Positions 8,210-17,340 of a stretch of 64,000 nt of DNA are shown here, in pieces. The position numbers and the translations under genes are program-made. Position 1 is the stretch's first letter; every line of letters begins with the position of its first letter. This DNA is from a virus. The stretch lies in the IMG/VR virus record IMGVR_UViG_3300047284_000378. One strand, 5' to 3'. The notes below the pieces were generated by a model. That model did no database searches. It saw only the letters and a list, made by a program, of their open reading frames with translations, and was not told the origin of the DNA.

Positions 8210-10264
8210 ATGATGAAAAAAATACTTTTAAGTCCTTGGACTGCCTTGATCACATTAGTACTTGTTACAAGTATAAGAATAGCCGATCCTGTACTTGTAG
8301 AAAGTATAAGATTACGTTATTTCGACACGCTGATCACTAGTAAAGCACCTACAGAAAATAACATCGTTACTGTAAACATAGATGAGTCGGCCTTAGAGAA
8401 ATACGGCCAGTGGCCATTTAAGCGAGACATTTATGCCGATCTAATCGAAGATCTTTATAAAAGAAAAGCAGGTCTAGTAGTTTTCAACGTGCTGATGACC
8501 GAACCAGATCGACAAGGTGGTGACGGAGCTCTAGCAGCCACACTTAATGAGTTTCCTGTGGTGTTGCCTAACATGCCCGCAGATCGAAATAAAAATATGC
8601 CTCGACAACCAGGTACGGCTGTGATAGGTGCAGACTTCCAGGATATGATAGTGCAGTATCCCGGTATCATAGCTAATGTTCCGGATTTAGAAAGCAGAGC
8701 AGTAGGAGTAGGTACGGTCAACACACTACCAGAAGTAGATGGAGTTAATCGTCGCATGCCACTGATAGTGTCTGTCGACGGCAAAGTATATCCTAGCCTA
8801 TCTATGGAGATACTAAGAGTGGCATCTGGGGATACTACTACACAGATCAAACTGTTTGAAGGTGGTGTTGAAAAGATGCGTATACCTGCCTACGGTCCTG
8901 TGTCTACAGATCCTCTAGGCCGTGTGTGGATTGATTGGAGCCAGAAGAGTCGCTCAGTGTCTATGACAGATCTTCCTAAAGACTTAAATGGTGCTGTAGT
9001 TATCGTAGGAGTAGCCGCAGCCGGTCTAGGTAATCCTGTGCCCACAGCAGTCGGCAGCATATGGCCGCACGAAGCACAGGCTGCGGTAGTTGGAACGATG
9101 TTCAACAATGTCACTATTCAACGCCCTGATTATGCCGACGGTGCTGAAATCTTAACACTGGCTCTAGCAGGTATATTATTGATATTTTTAACGAGGTATG
9201 TATATGCAGGTTTGGCAACGACGATTATTCTTATCTCTGGCACTGCTGTTGGCAGTTGGATTGTGTTCGATCTCTATCTATGGTTATTTGACGCTACTGC
9301 CCCTGGAGTTGGCCTACTCATGGTCGCTCTGCATGCCTATGGCGTCAAGTTTGTAAGTGAGTTCTTACAGAAGCAGGCAATCAAGAAACAGTTCGCTGGC
9401 TACTGCTCACCTGAAGTTGTTAGACTTCTACAAGAAAATCCAGACTTAATCAAGAAAGGTGTTAAGAAAGATGTGTCAGTTATGTTCAGTGACCTGCGTG
9501 GATTTACTCCTATCGGTGAACACTTTGACAAGCCAGGCAATGGCGGGCCTGAAGGTCTGGCCAAGTATATGAACGGATATATGGATGCTATTACTATTCC
9601 TATCATTGATGCCAACGGTATGGTGCTCAAGTATGTAGGTGATGCATCAATGCACATACATGGTGCTCCTTTAGAAGATCCTAACCATGCACATACTATT
9701 GTAAGGGTAGGACTAGAGATGTTAGATCGAGTAGACGCTTATACAAAAGAAATGGAAGCAAAAGGTCTACCACCTGCCGCAATGGGGTGGGGTTGCAATA
9801 CAGGAGACGGATATATCGGTGAGATGGGATCAACTGCAAGACACGGCTACGACATCCTAGGTGATATGGTTTCAACTGCGGCTCGTCTAGAAGCACGTTG
9901 TAAGGCCTACGGTGTGTTGTGTATCATTGGTGCTGAAACTTATAAGCGTACCAAGGATGATTTCTTTTATTTGCTACTAGACAACCTACAACCAAAAGGT
10001 AAGAGTGTAGCAGATCTGATCTATACTGTGTTGCGCACTCATGGTGAAGATTATACAAAAGATCGAGAACAACATGATAGGATGCATGCCTTGTACAAGG
10101 CCAAGAAGTTTGACGAAGCAGCCGCTATGTGCGAAAAACTAAAGGGTAACTTCGGTGGACAAATGGACAAGTACTACGATATCTGGATTGACCGTTGTAG
10201 TTTTATGAAACAGCAAGATCTAGGCGATAATTGGAATGGCGAATTTATCGCCCACGAAAAATGA
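8210..10264 (+). CDS. CHASE2-domain class III adenylate/guanylate cyclase
   Basis: IVTVNIDESALEKYGQWPFKR (CHASE2), three TM helices, FSDLRGFT, LKYVGDA, LGDMVSTAARLE. Confidence 0.9.
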   Translation: MMKKILLSPWTALITLVLVTSIRIADPVLVESIRLRYFDTLITSKAPTENNIVTVNIDESALEKYGQWPFKRDIYADLIEDLYKRKAGLVVFNVLMTEPDRQGGDGALAATLNEFPVVLPNMPADRNKNMPRQPGTAVIGADFQDMIVQYPGIIANVPDLESRAVGVGTVNTLPEVDGVNRRMPLIVSVDGKVYPSLSMEILRVASGDTTTQIKLFEGGVEKMRIPAYGPVSTDPLGRVWIDWSQKSRSVSMTDLPKDLNGAVVIVGVAAAGLGNPVPTAVGSIWPHEAQAAVVGTMFNNVTIQRPDYADGAEILTLALAGILLIFLTRYVYAGLATTIILISGTAVGSWIVFDLYLWLFDATAPGVGLLMVALHAYGVKFVSEFLQKQAIKKQFAGYCSPEVVRLLQENPDLIKKGVKKDVSVMFSDLRGFTPIGEHFDKPGNGGPEGLAKYMNGYMDAITIPIIDANGMVLKYVGDASMHIHGAPLEDPNHAHTIVRVGLEMLDRVDAYTKEMEAKGLPPAAMGWGCNTGDGYIGEMGSTARHGYDILGDMVSTAARLEARCKAYGVLCIIGAETYKRTKDDFFYLLLDNLQPKGKSVADLIYTVLRTHGEDYTKDREQHDRMHALYKAKKFDEAAAMCEKLKGNFGGQMDKYYDIWIDRCSFMKQQDLGDNWNGEFIAHEK

Positions 10265-10431
10265 TGTATACTCCACTGGATTGGTGGTTTGACTATTCTG
10301 TATGGTTGATGCTACAATATAAGTTTATATATCCAGCTAAGTTGATCAGTGTCAACGAAGACATGGAAAACTTCTTAAAACAATTTAGTCTTAACGGAAT
10401 CAAAACCGTTAACATTTGCAGACCATGGTAA
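10261..10431 (+). CDS. Hypothetical protein
   Basis: Short ORF coupled to neighbours. Confidence 0.45.
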   Translation: MMYTPLDWWFDYSVWLMLQYKFIYPAKLISVNEDMENFLKQFSLNGIKTVNICRPW

Positions 10432-11135
10432 AAATAACTTTATTTCTATTTACGATATTGTTATCAGTACAGAGCTATGCTAAAGATATCACTGCTACAG
10501 CTTGGTTAGTAGCCAACGGTGATGGGGATATCATTCAGAGTGAAAACATGCATGAACGCAGAAGCATAGCCAGTATTACAAAACTGATGACTGTCATGGT
10601 GGTACTTGATGCTCATCAAGATCTAGATCAATACTTCCGACCCTATACTAGAAAAGAACTGATACAACTGGCTATCGTTCATTCTGATAATAGAGCTTCG
10701 GAAAAACTGTGCAATCATTATCCGGGAGGAAGACCCGCCTGTGTCTCGGCTATGAATGCTAAGGCCAGATATCTGGGCATGATTGATACCAACTTTGTCG
10801 ACCCCACTGGTCTGGGAGTAATGAATTCTAGCACAGCCTACGATCTAATTAAATTGGTCAGAGCAGCAGAGCATTATAGTGAAATCGTAGAAGCCAGCAA
10901 TATGTCTGCGGTTAAGATACAGAACAAGAAAAAATTCCTAGTGTTTAAGAATACTAATCCGTTAGTCGCTCAAAATGATTTTATCATTAGCAAAACTGGT
11001 TATATCAGAGCATCAGGGGGCTGTATAGTTATGATGCTAGATACAAAAATAGGACGACGCATAGTCGTCCTATTGAATTCAAAGAATACTAGAACTCGTA
11101 TTCCTGAAGCCTATAAGCTAGCCAGTAGCTATTAA
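10425..11135 (+). CDS. D-alanyl-D-alanine carboxy/endopeptidase (peptidase S11, PBP7-like)
   Basis: SxxK (ASITKLMT), SDN, KTG motifs; NFVDPTGL. Confidence 0.9.
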   Translation: MVKITLFLFTILLSVQSYAKDITATAWLVANGDGDIIQSENMHERRSIASITKLMTVMVVLDAHQDLDQYFRPYTRKELIQLAIVHSDNRASEKLCNHYPGGRPACVSAMNAKARYLGMIDTNFVDPTGLGVMNSSTAYDLIKLVRAAEHYSEIVEASNMSAVKIQNKKKFLVFKNTNPLVAQNDFIISKTGYIRASGGCIVMMLDTKIGRRIVVLLNSKNTRTRIPEAYKLASSY

Positions 11136-11476
11136 CCTTCTCCGCTGGCCGCTGACTTTTTATCATCTATGTGAGCAGCTTCGTCAAATTTTTGATTGGC
11201 TTCTTTGTCTACCTTGACCTGTTCAAGCACACGTTCGCTTTCAATAATCTTGCCTCTTAGATGCAGAGTAGTATTAACCTTCTGTTGAAGCCTTATAAGA
11301 TCATTATCAAGCATACGAATACGATCAATAAGCGCGATTAAGGTAGTATTAGCTTCGCTGAGCACAGGTTTGATTTCAGTAGTGGCCCACTTCCATACGT
11401 AGAAAATAAGATATCCCATACCGCCGGCAGCGACGATAGGAAAACCGTATTTGTTAACTAATTCTACTGGATCCAT
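11132..11476 (-). CDS. Membrane-anchored coiled-coil protein (paralogue of 12237-12518)
   Basis: YGFPIVAAGGMGY TM segment followed by heptads. Confidence 0.7.
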   Translation of the reverse strand: MDPVELVNKYGFPIVAAGGMGYLIFYVWKWATTEIKPVLSEANTTLIALIDRIRMLDNDLIRLQQKVNTTLHLRGKIIESERVLEQVKVDKEANQKFDEAAHIDDKKSAASGEG

Positions 11477-11485
11477 TTATTTCTC

Positions 11486-11701
11486 CTAGATATTGTTGAA
11501 TGGTGTATTTGGATTTTTTTTCACGGGTTTTTCTTTGGCTTTGTCGTGATAATAATTCCATGCACTCATTGACTGCCTTTTTTTAGTATCATTAAGTTCT
11601 TTTTCTATCTCTTTATAAGACATACAGGCATAGACGGCAAATACCAGAGCGATCGTAGCCAAAATGTAAGTTATTCCGAATAATATGATCGTCGAGTCCA
11701 T
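11486..11701 (-). CDS. Small membrane protein
   Basis: N-terminal TM helix, RBS. Confidence 0.55.
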   Translation of the reverse strand: MDSTIILFGITYILATIALVFAVYACMSYKEIEKELNDTKKRQSMSAWNYYHDKAKEKPVKKNPNTPFNNI

Positions 11702-11904
11702 TATCCGATCAAAGGTCTAAAAGATTGTTCAACTGGTCTCCATGCCCATTCATAGCCTACTACGAGACCAACTAAAAATCCTATGACCACTCCTATGGCT
11801 AGAGATTTATACAAATCTTTGTCGCGCCAAACCGGTTGCTCCTTGATATACTTCTGCATCTGTGGAGATAAAGAATCCCACCATACTTCATACTTGTTCA
11901 TTTT
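11701..11904 (-). CDS. Small membrane protein
   Basis: ORF track; likely start MNKYEVWW; C-terminal TM. Confidence 0.55.
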   Translation of the reverse strand, partial: KMNKYEVWWDSLSPQMQKYIKEQPVWRDKDLYKSLAIGVVIGFLVGLVVGYEWAWRPVEQSFRPLIG

Positions 11905-12085
11905 TTTCCGCTCCTTTGAGTATGAACTGCTGTACATCTCCTACCTTTCTTAAAATTTGCCTTCCGTTAATATTGATGAGTTGGAAATAATCACCGCCTT
12001 TCCAACCTAGTCTATCACTGTTAAATTCCTCGTCTAGGATGATGCCTCTTTCGCTACAATCCCAGGTATAATCAATGTATAACAT
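11888..12085 (-). CDS. Hypothetical protein (AbrB-like appearance)
   Basis: MLYIDYTWD...LGWKGGDYFQLININGRQILRK. Confidence 0.55.
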   Translation of the reverse strand: MLYIDYTWDCSERGIILDEEFNSDRLGWKGGDYFQLININGRQILRKVGDVQQFILKGAEKNEQV

Positions 12086-12087
12086 TT

Positions 12088-12234
12088 TTATTCCTTCCAA
12101 AATCCCCACGGATCCCAAATTTTCCTAGGTTGCATTTTGGGTTCGTGATAATAGTATAATGCTGCTCCAACCAATACCAAGCATTCGAGGAGATAAAAAA
12201 CCAAAAAGGATTCGAACAGCAGGCTAAGTTCCAT
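12088..12234 (-). CDS. Small membrane protein (48 aa)
   Basis: Read manually: MELSLLFESFLVFYLLECLVLVGAALYYY...WDPWGFWKE. Confidence 0.5.
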   Translation of the reverse strand: MELSLLFESFLVFYLLECLVLVGAALYYYHEPKMQPRKIWDPWGFWKE

Positions 12235-12236
12235 GC

Positions 12237-12518
12237 TTAATCTCTTCTAGCATCATTCTTTCCATCTGCACGAGCGATACGTTCTACATCGGGTCTAAGA
12301 CCCAATGCATTCGAAACCACTGTGTCGATTCGAATCACATCGTGATTCATGGTTTTGACTCTGTTATCCAATGCACCAATGATACCTTTGATACCATTAA
12401 CACTAGATGTAACACCAGCCAAAATAAATTTGAGCGTTAGGAATACGAAGTATCCTGCTCCCATTGCAGCCGCGATTGGAAATCCCAATTCCGCGACCAG
12501 TTTGAAAAAATCTCCCAT
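12237..12518 (-). CDS. Membrane-anchored coiled-coil protein (paralogue of 11132-11476)
   Basis: LGFPIAAAMGAGY TM segment; ALDNRVKTMNHDVIRI. Confidence 0.7.
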   Translation of the reverse strand: MGDFFKLVAELGFPIAAAMGAGYFVFLTLKFILAGVTSSVNGIKGIIGALDNRVKTMNHDVIRIDTVVSNALGLRPDVERIARADGKNDARRD

Positions 12519-12555
12519 CGTTTCGCTCCCGGGTTATGTACGTGTATTTAACTGA

Positions 12556-12584
12556 TTGACAGGATCTTTAACTGGTGCTATAAT
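12556..12584 (+). promoter_or_regulatory. sigma70-type early promoter
   Basis: TTGACA-17-TATAAT with TG extension. Confidence 0.85.
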
Positions 12585-12604
12585 ATACACATATTTCTAA
12601 CAAA

Positions 12605-13459
12605 GTGAGCAAAATGCGTATCCAAATCGTATCAGATCTGCATCTAGAATTCGCAGATATCAACATCCAAAATGCAGGCGACACTGATGTGTTGATCCTG
12701 TCCGGAGACATCATGGTCGCTCAAGATCTCCATGATCATCCTACGGTTGATAGCCTTTGGGATCCACCAAATGCCCAGGGCATAGGACGTCGACAAGAAA
12801 CTGCTCTTCGCTTTCGCGACTTCCTCAAGCGTTGTAGTTTTCAGTTCCCTCACGTTATCTATGTTGCCGGCAACCACGAATTTTATCATGGTAAGTTTTT
12901 TGCCAGTCTTGATTATCTACGTGAAGAATGTGCCAAGTTCGATAATGTGTATTTTCTAGAACAAGATGTTAAGACCATAGATGGTATTATGTTTATGGGT
13001 GCTACTCTGTGGACTGACTGTAACAAACATGATCCGTTTACACTTCATGCTCTAGCAGATATGATGAACGATTTTAGAATCATTCGACATGACTATGCCG
13101 GATTCCGTAAACTTAAACCTGCTGATATCGCAGAACGACATCGCAAGACTCTAGACTACTTTAAGACTGTTCTAGATACACAGGCTCCTGAACAAAAGTT
13201 TGTGGTGGTGGGACATCACACCCCGAGTCACTTGAGCTGTCATCCGCAGTATGCACATGATTATATCATGAACGGTGGTTATCACAGCGATCTAAGTGAG
13301 TTCATACTAGATCATCCTAACATCGTTCTTTGGACTCATGGTCATACACATCATCCTTTTGACTATGTCATAGGCAGTACTAGGATCGTGTGTAATCCCA
13401 GAGGCTATGATGGCTATGAGGATACTGGTTGGGACATGATGAAAGTCATAGAAATATGA
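12605..13459 (+). CDS. Calcineurin-like metallophosphoesterase
   Basis: SDLHLE, GD, GNHE, GHH, HGHTH motifs. Confidence 0.9.
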   Translation: MSKMRIQIVSDLHLEFADINIQNAGDTDVLILSGDIMVAQDLHDHPTVDSLWDPPNAQGIGRRQETALRFRDFLKRCSFQFPHVIYVAGNHEFYHGKFFASLDYLREECAKFDNVYFLEQDVKTIDGIMFMGATLWTDCNKHDPFTLHALADMMNDFRIIRHDYAGFRKLKPADIAERHRKTLDYFKTVLDTQAPEQKFVVVGHHTPSHLSCHPQYAHDYIMNGGYHSDLSEFILDHPNIVLWTHGHTHHPFDYVIGSTRIVCNPRGYDGYEDTGWDMMKVIEI

Positions 13460-13671
13460 TCGATGTGTATCTAAATGATCGCAACATGGACTATGACCAG
13501 GCACAGAATTATTTTCAAGAAGCCTGTGCCTGGGCACAGGATCAGTGTTCTAGTTTTACTTCTTTTTATATTCAGGATGTTTCTGATGTGTCTTATGAAT
13601 ATGATCAAATCGCACAATATATTTTTGCTGACGAAAAGGATGCACAATGGTTTTCTCTCAAATGGAAATAA
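13456..13671 (+). CDS. FxL[KR]W-family paralogue 1
   Basis: C-terminus YIFADEKDAQWFSLKWK. Confidence 0.7.
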   Translation: MIDVYLNDRNMDYDQAQNYFQEACAWAQDQCSSFTSFYIQDVSDVSYEYDQIAQYIFADEKDAQWFSLKWK

Positions 13672-13988
13672 CTCCTGAAAAGCTCATAGAAGAAATGCGA
13701 GGTCTTCGCCGTGTGGTAATCAACACCTGTTACGGAGGATTTAGTCTGAGCAAAAGAGCCATAGACGAATATAAAAGACTAGCAGGAATCACTGATCCCG
13801 GCTTTTATGAGTCTGATATCGCACGAGATGATCCTTATCTAGTCAGTGTCGTTAAGAGTTTGGGTATGTCCGCTAACGGTGCTCATGCCAATCTAAAAAT
13901 CGTAGAAATACCTAGTGATGTTGACTGGCACATCGGCGACTATGACGGCAATGAATGGGTAGCTGAAAATCATAGAACATGGTCTTGA
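13662..13988 (+). CDS. Conserved phage hypothetical protein
   Basis: VVINTCYGGFSLS...RDDP-LV-VV...LKIVEIP...YDGNEWV. Confidence 0.7.
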   Translation: MEITPEKLIEEMRGLRRVVINTCYGGFSLSKRAIDEYKRLAGITDPGFYESDIARDDPYLVSVVKSLGMSANGAHANLKIVEIPSDVDWHIGDYDGNEWVAENHRTWS

Positions 13989-14257
13989 AAATTAAAAAAC
14001 AAACGCTCATCCATCATTGGAGATTCGAAGACGGCAAGACCTGCCCTAATCCGGGTAGTCAGTGGCCGGCAGATCCTCCCCCTCGTGGTTGGTACTGCTG
14101 GGTATATCCCGAAGACGATTGCGAGTTCGAAACCTGGATGTTTAATAACTGTCCCACTGCTGAATGCACTCATAGATTTAACAGCGGAGATCCTATGTAC
14201 ACAGTTTACATCAAAGACTCCCAGGAAGCAGTGATTTTTCAATTGAGGTGGTTGTGA
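13979..14257 (+). CDS. FxL[KR]W-family paralogue 2
   Basis: VYIKDSQEAVIFQLRWL. Confidence 0.7.
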   Translation: MVLKIKKQTLIHHWRFEDGKTCPNPGSQWPADPPPRGWYCWVYPEDDCEFETWMFNNCPTAECTHRFNSGDPMYTVYIKDSQEAVIFQLRWL

Positions 14258-14517
14258 AATCTGTTGTTTTATCAGAAGACAGTTGGAAAAAATTACGTCA
14301 GCATCTAATCCAGACACAGCCAAAAAGTGTGATGTTAAGCAGGAGTAAGATGCGCGAAGTCTTAGGATTTACCGATCGCAGACACACGGATTGGAATCCT
14401 GATATAGAAAATGATTGGAGTGGGCTGGGTCGGCAGACTATCAAGATATATCTCGATTTCTTCGACGAAAGCAAGAAAACTTTTTTCCTATTGAAATATA
14501 GTGACTGGATTAACTAA
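14248..14517 (+). CDS. FxL[KR]W-family paralogue 3
   Basis: LDFFDESKKTFFLLKYS. Confidence 0.65.
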   Translation: MVVKSVVLSEDSWKKLRQHLIQTQPKSVMLSRSKMREVLGFTDRRHTDWNPDIENDWSGLGRQTIKIYLDFFDESKKTFFLLKYSDWIN

Positions 14518-14767
14518 AGGTTTAAGGGTGGCTAGTGTGAACGAGATCTTGGCAACAAGAGCTCGTGCCACCTTTAGTCATCGCATAAACTTCGATCAAG
14601 TAGGCTACGAAACTCTTCCTAAAATGAAAACATGGTGCGAAGAAAACTGTGAAGGGCTTTGGAGAGCACAAACGATACATGCTCTTTATTGGCAATTCGC
14701 TGAAGAAAGAGACGCCATGCTGTTCATGCTCAAATGGGGTGGTGCAGAAGGAAATAAGTTGAAATGA
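14501..14767 (+). CDS. FxL[KR]W-family paralogue 4
   Basis: TWCEENC...WQFAEERDAMLFMLKWG. Confidence 0.7.
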   Translation: MTGLTKGLRVASVNEILATRARATFSHRINFDQVGYETLPKMKTWCEENCEGLWRAQTIHALYWQFAEERDAMLFMLKWGGAEGNKLK

Positions 14768-14964
14768 GAGTGATGAACAAAAACATTTGGCCCTTTCAAA
14801 CTCGTATCAAAGGCGACAGTGATGAAGCCTATCGCTGGTGTGAGGAAAAACTCTATCACGGTGGTTACTACGAGCCTAACTGGTATTTCAACGCTTCGAC
14901 CAGTACCTGGTGTTTCAAAGACAGCAAAGAGTTTACGATGTTTTGTCTAAGGTGGGCATCGTGA
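14764..14964 (+). CDS. FxL[KR]W-family paralogue 5
   Basis: RWCEEKL...WCFKDSKEFTMFCLRWA. Confidence 0.7.
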   Translation: MRVMNKNIWPFQTRIKGDSDEAYRWCEEKLYHGGYYEPNWYFNASTSTWCFKDSKEFTMFCLRWAS

Positions 14965-15356
14965 ACTTACAACCTTGGCAATCGGAGTTATTGAAGAAAA
15001 TGACACAATATAAAGGTCGTGGTCTAATACAAATCACAGGACGTAATTCGGGTAAGAGTGCCGTTTCTGCCGCTGCCCTTCAACGAATGATGAATGATAT
15101 CCATAGTCGTCCTATAGAAGATATCATACTATCGGAAGGCAAAGTCTACGGTGCTCGTTATTATACAGCAGAACCCATTGGTGGTAACTGGTTAGAGATG
15201 GAAGCATGGTGCTACGAAACATTCGGCAATGACACACAGCCGATTTGGGGAGAGAGTAAGGCACCGGAGCCAGCACAGCGTTGGTATAAGAATGCTCGTA
15301 AGTTTTGGTTTCGGAATGAGGCAGACAGAACGATGTTTGTATTAAAATGGCGTTAA
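14961..15356 (+). CDS. FxL[KR]W-family paralogue 6 with N-terminal extension
   Basis: GTGA overlap start; AWCYETFG...FWFRNEADRTMFVLKWR. Confidence 0.7.
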   Translation: MNLQPWQSELLKKMTQYKGRGLIQITGRNSGKSAVSAAALQRMMNDIHSRPIEDIILSEGKVYGARYYTAEPIGGNWLEMEAWCYETFGNDTQPIWGESKAPEPAQRWYKNARKFWFRNEADRTMFVLKWR

Positions 15357-15562
15357 ATCATTTAGATATTGGCAGAGGTTATGTGCTAAACTACGACAGC
15401 AAAGACATTCCCTTACCGTCTACTATAAGACAAGAAGTTTGGGATTGGTCTGAAAAACACGGCATAGTGTTAGAAGGTCACAAGTATGGTGTCGCTGGCA
15501 TGGACATTTGGCGGATTCGTGACGAGGAACAACGTGTGAGGTTTATATTAAGATGGCTGTAA
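15347..15562 (+). CDS. FxL[KR]W-family paralogue 7
   Basis: DWSEKHG...WRIRDEEQRVRFILRWL. Confidence 0.65.
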   Translation: MALNHLDIGRGYVLNYDSKDIPLPSTIRQEVWDWSEKHGIVLEGHKYGVAGMDIWRIRDEEQRVRFILRWL

Positions 15563-15951
15563 GAACTCTAAGACGCAAAGTCATCATCCGCGAGTATGAT
15601 TTCAATAAAGTTAGAGATCAAGCATTTGCACCTCTGGCTTGTATGGGGATCATAGACAGTCTCTACGACCGGGCGGAGTTCACTCCTATTAATCAAGATA
15701 ATCTAGAAAAGCTGAAACTCTTAGAAATACTTAAGAGTAAAACTTCTAAACTATCCGAAGTAGAACTAGATCTAAAAAGACCTGCTATATTGGTAGCACA
15801 GTTACGAGACTATCTTTACAGTGACAGGTATTATCAATGGAGTGTGACTGTAGATGATGACGGTTATATCTGTGTGCAGGCTCGCAAGAACACCCCCAAG
15901 AGTAGACTAGGTTGGGCGGTGTTCGAAAAGGATATAAAATGTCGAATCTAG
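15553..15951 (+). CDS. Hypothetical protein
   Basis: ORF coupled to neighbours. Confidence 0.6.
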   Translation: MAVRTLRRKVIIREYDFNKVRDQAFAPLACMGIIDSLYDRAEFTPINQDNLEKLKLLEILKSKTSKLSEVELDLKRPAILVAQLRDYLYSDRYYQWSVTVDDDGYICVQARKNTPKSRLGWAVFEKDIKCRI

Positions 15952-16199
15952 AGCAATGGATTGTGGAAGAACTCAGCAGTCAGATGCAGAGCGAAATAGA
16001 CAAAGAAATACTCTGGGGTATGCTTGTAGGTTTGGGCTGGACGAGAGTTTTATTGCCGAGGTTTGAGAATCGAGATCATGCTCTTGATGTATTGAAATGG
16101 GTGGAAGATAATTGTCAGCATCCCTATGAACGTAAGGGTTCAGAATATATCTTTGAAAATAATGTAGATGCTGTGAATTTTATCTTAAAATGGAAATAA
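15939..16199 (+). CDS. FxL[KR]W-family paralogue 8
   Basis: KWVEDNC...YIFENNVDAVNFILKWK. Confidence 0.7.
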   Translation: MSNLEQWIVEELSSQMQSEIDKEILWGMLVGLGWTRVLLPRFENRDHALDVLKWVEDNCQHPYERKGSEYIFENNVDAVNFILKWK

Positions 16200-16402
16200 C
16201 ACAAAGAATATATGACGGCTGCGACTGTTATCCCTGGATGGAAGTATTCGCATGGTGGCCTGTGAAAACCGTCAGTGGAAATTATATCTGGGGCCGTAGA
16301 GTTTATAAACGTAAGTTTTGGGTAGTATGGGGTACAGGATTTCATATGGAACCAGAGGTAGAGTATGCCGAGCTTTTTGATATATTACGAATTGAGGAAT
16401 AG
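16190..16402 (+). CDS. Hypothetical Trp-rich protein
   Basis: FAWWPVKTVSG-YIW motif. Confidence 0.6.
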   Translation: MEITQRIYDGCDCYPWMEVFAWWPVKTVSGNYIWGRRVYKRKFWVVWGTGFHMEPEVEYAELFDILRIEE

Positions 16403-16405
16403 ATT

Positions 16406-16807
16406 ATGGGTCGTGTTAAGGAAAGTATCGCCTGGCCTAATGCGACGGATAGAACGTCCCAGGTTGATCAGTATCTTGCGGACCGGTACTTCGAATGTCA
16501 CAAAGACAGAATCTATAAGCCCCCGATGACTAAGTACGTGCTAGTGGGAGATAGAGTGGAAGAAGTCAAGACTATTGTAGTTCATGAATTTTCAATGGGG
16601 GATGTCGACGACCCGGATCTCTATGCTGCTCAACCTCTCTATGAATGGGAAAAGAGCGAAATAGGGCAGTGGGTGATGAAGAATGCCTGCGATACTCCTA
16701 CTTGGTATAGAATGGCAGATCAGTTAAGCTATGGATACAGATATCAGATAAGAGCTAAACTAATGGGGCCGGCACTTACAGAATGGTTGTTGAGATATGG
16801 TAAGTGA
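16406..16807 (+). CDS. FxL[KR]W-family paralogue 9 (divergent)
   Basis: QWVMKNA...ALTEWLLRYG. Confidence 0.55.
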   Translation: MGRVKESIAWPNATDRTSQVDQYLADRYFECHKDRIYKPPMTKYVLVGDRVEEVKTIVVHEFSMGDVDDPDLYAAQPLYEWEKSEIGQWVMKNACDTPTWYRMADQLSYGYRYQIRAKLMGPALTEWLLRYGK

Positions 16808-17060
16808 TAGTCCAAAATCTTTCTTGAATATGGCTCATAAAAAGATCGGGTCTGTATTGTTGGAAGATAATAAACTGATGTCTATCCTAGGTTCGTATTT
16901 TGTTGTTCGTTTGGAAAACGACGACGACTTCAACGAAAAATTAACTTGGTGTATGGAGCATTGCCAAAACAAGTTCCGTGATATCAGAGAATCGGATTGC
17001 CGAGCATGGTATTTCCAAAGCGAACAGGATGCTTCTATGTTCGCTCTTAAATGGAGTTGA
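16797..17060 (+). CDS. FxL[KR]W-family paralogue 10
   Basis: TWCMEHC...WYFQSEQDASMFALKWS. Confidence 0.7.
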   Translation: MVSDSPKSFLNMAHKKIGSVLLEDNKLMSILGSYFVVRLENDDDFNEKLTWCMEHCQNKFRDIRESDCRAWYFQSEQDASMFALKWS

Positions 17061-17085
17061 CTTTCTCACAGTTTGATTGTATAAT
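17057..17085 (+). promoter_or_regulatory. sigma70-type promoter
   Basis: TTGACT-17-TATAAT with TG extension. Confidence 0.8.
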
Positions 17086-17115
17086 GTATTATATTCACTG
17101 CTGAGAGAGGTTAAC

Positions 17116-17340
17116 ATGTTATACCAATTGGTGCTTATTACTAATCTAGGTATCGTCACTCCACTGGCCACTTTTGATACTCAAGGTAATTGCCTTAGAG
17201 AGCAGGCCATGCTGCAAAAAACAGCTCAATATTCTACAGCCTGCTTGCCTACACAAAGCCCCGAGCAACTTCAAAAACAACTTGAGTCCAGCATGAAAAT
17301 GATGATGGATACTCTTAACAAGATACAACAATCCAAATGA
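17116..17340 (+). CDS. Hypothetical protein
   Basis: RBS GAGG; ORF track. Confidence 0.6.
   Translation: MLYQLVLITNLGIVTPLATFDTQGNCLREQAMLQKTAQYSTACLPTQSPEQLQKQLESSMKMMMDTLNKIQQSK

Noticed and set aside
709-9896. Antisense ORFs within long genes (709-1161, 3283-3510, 4287-4646, 8455-8850 etc.)
   Set aside because: Shadows of well-supported plus-strand genes with no motifs.
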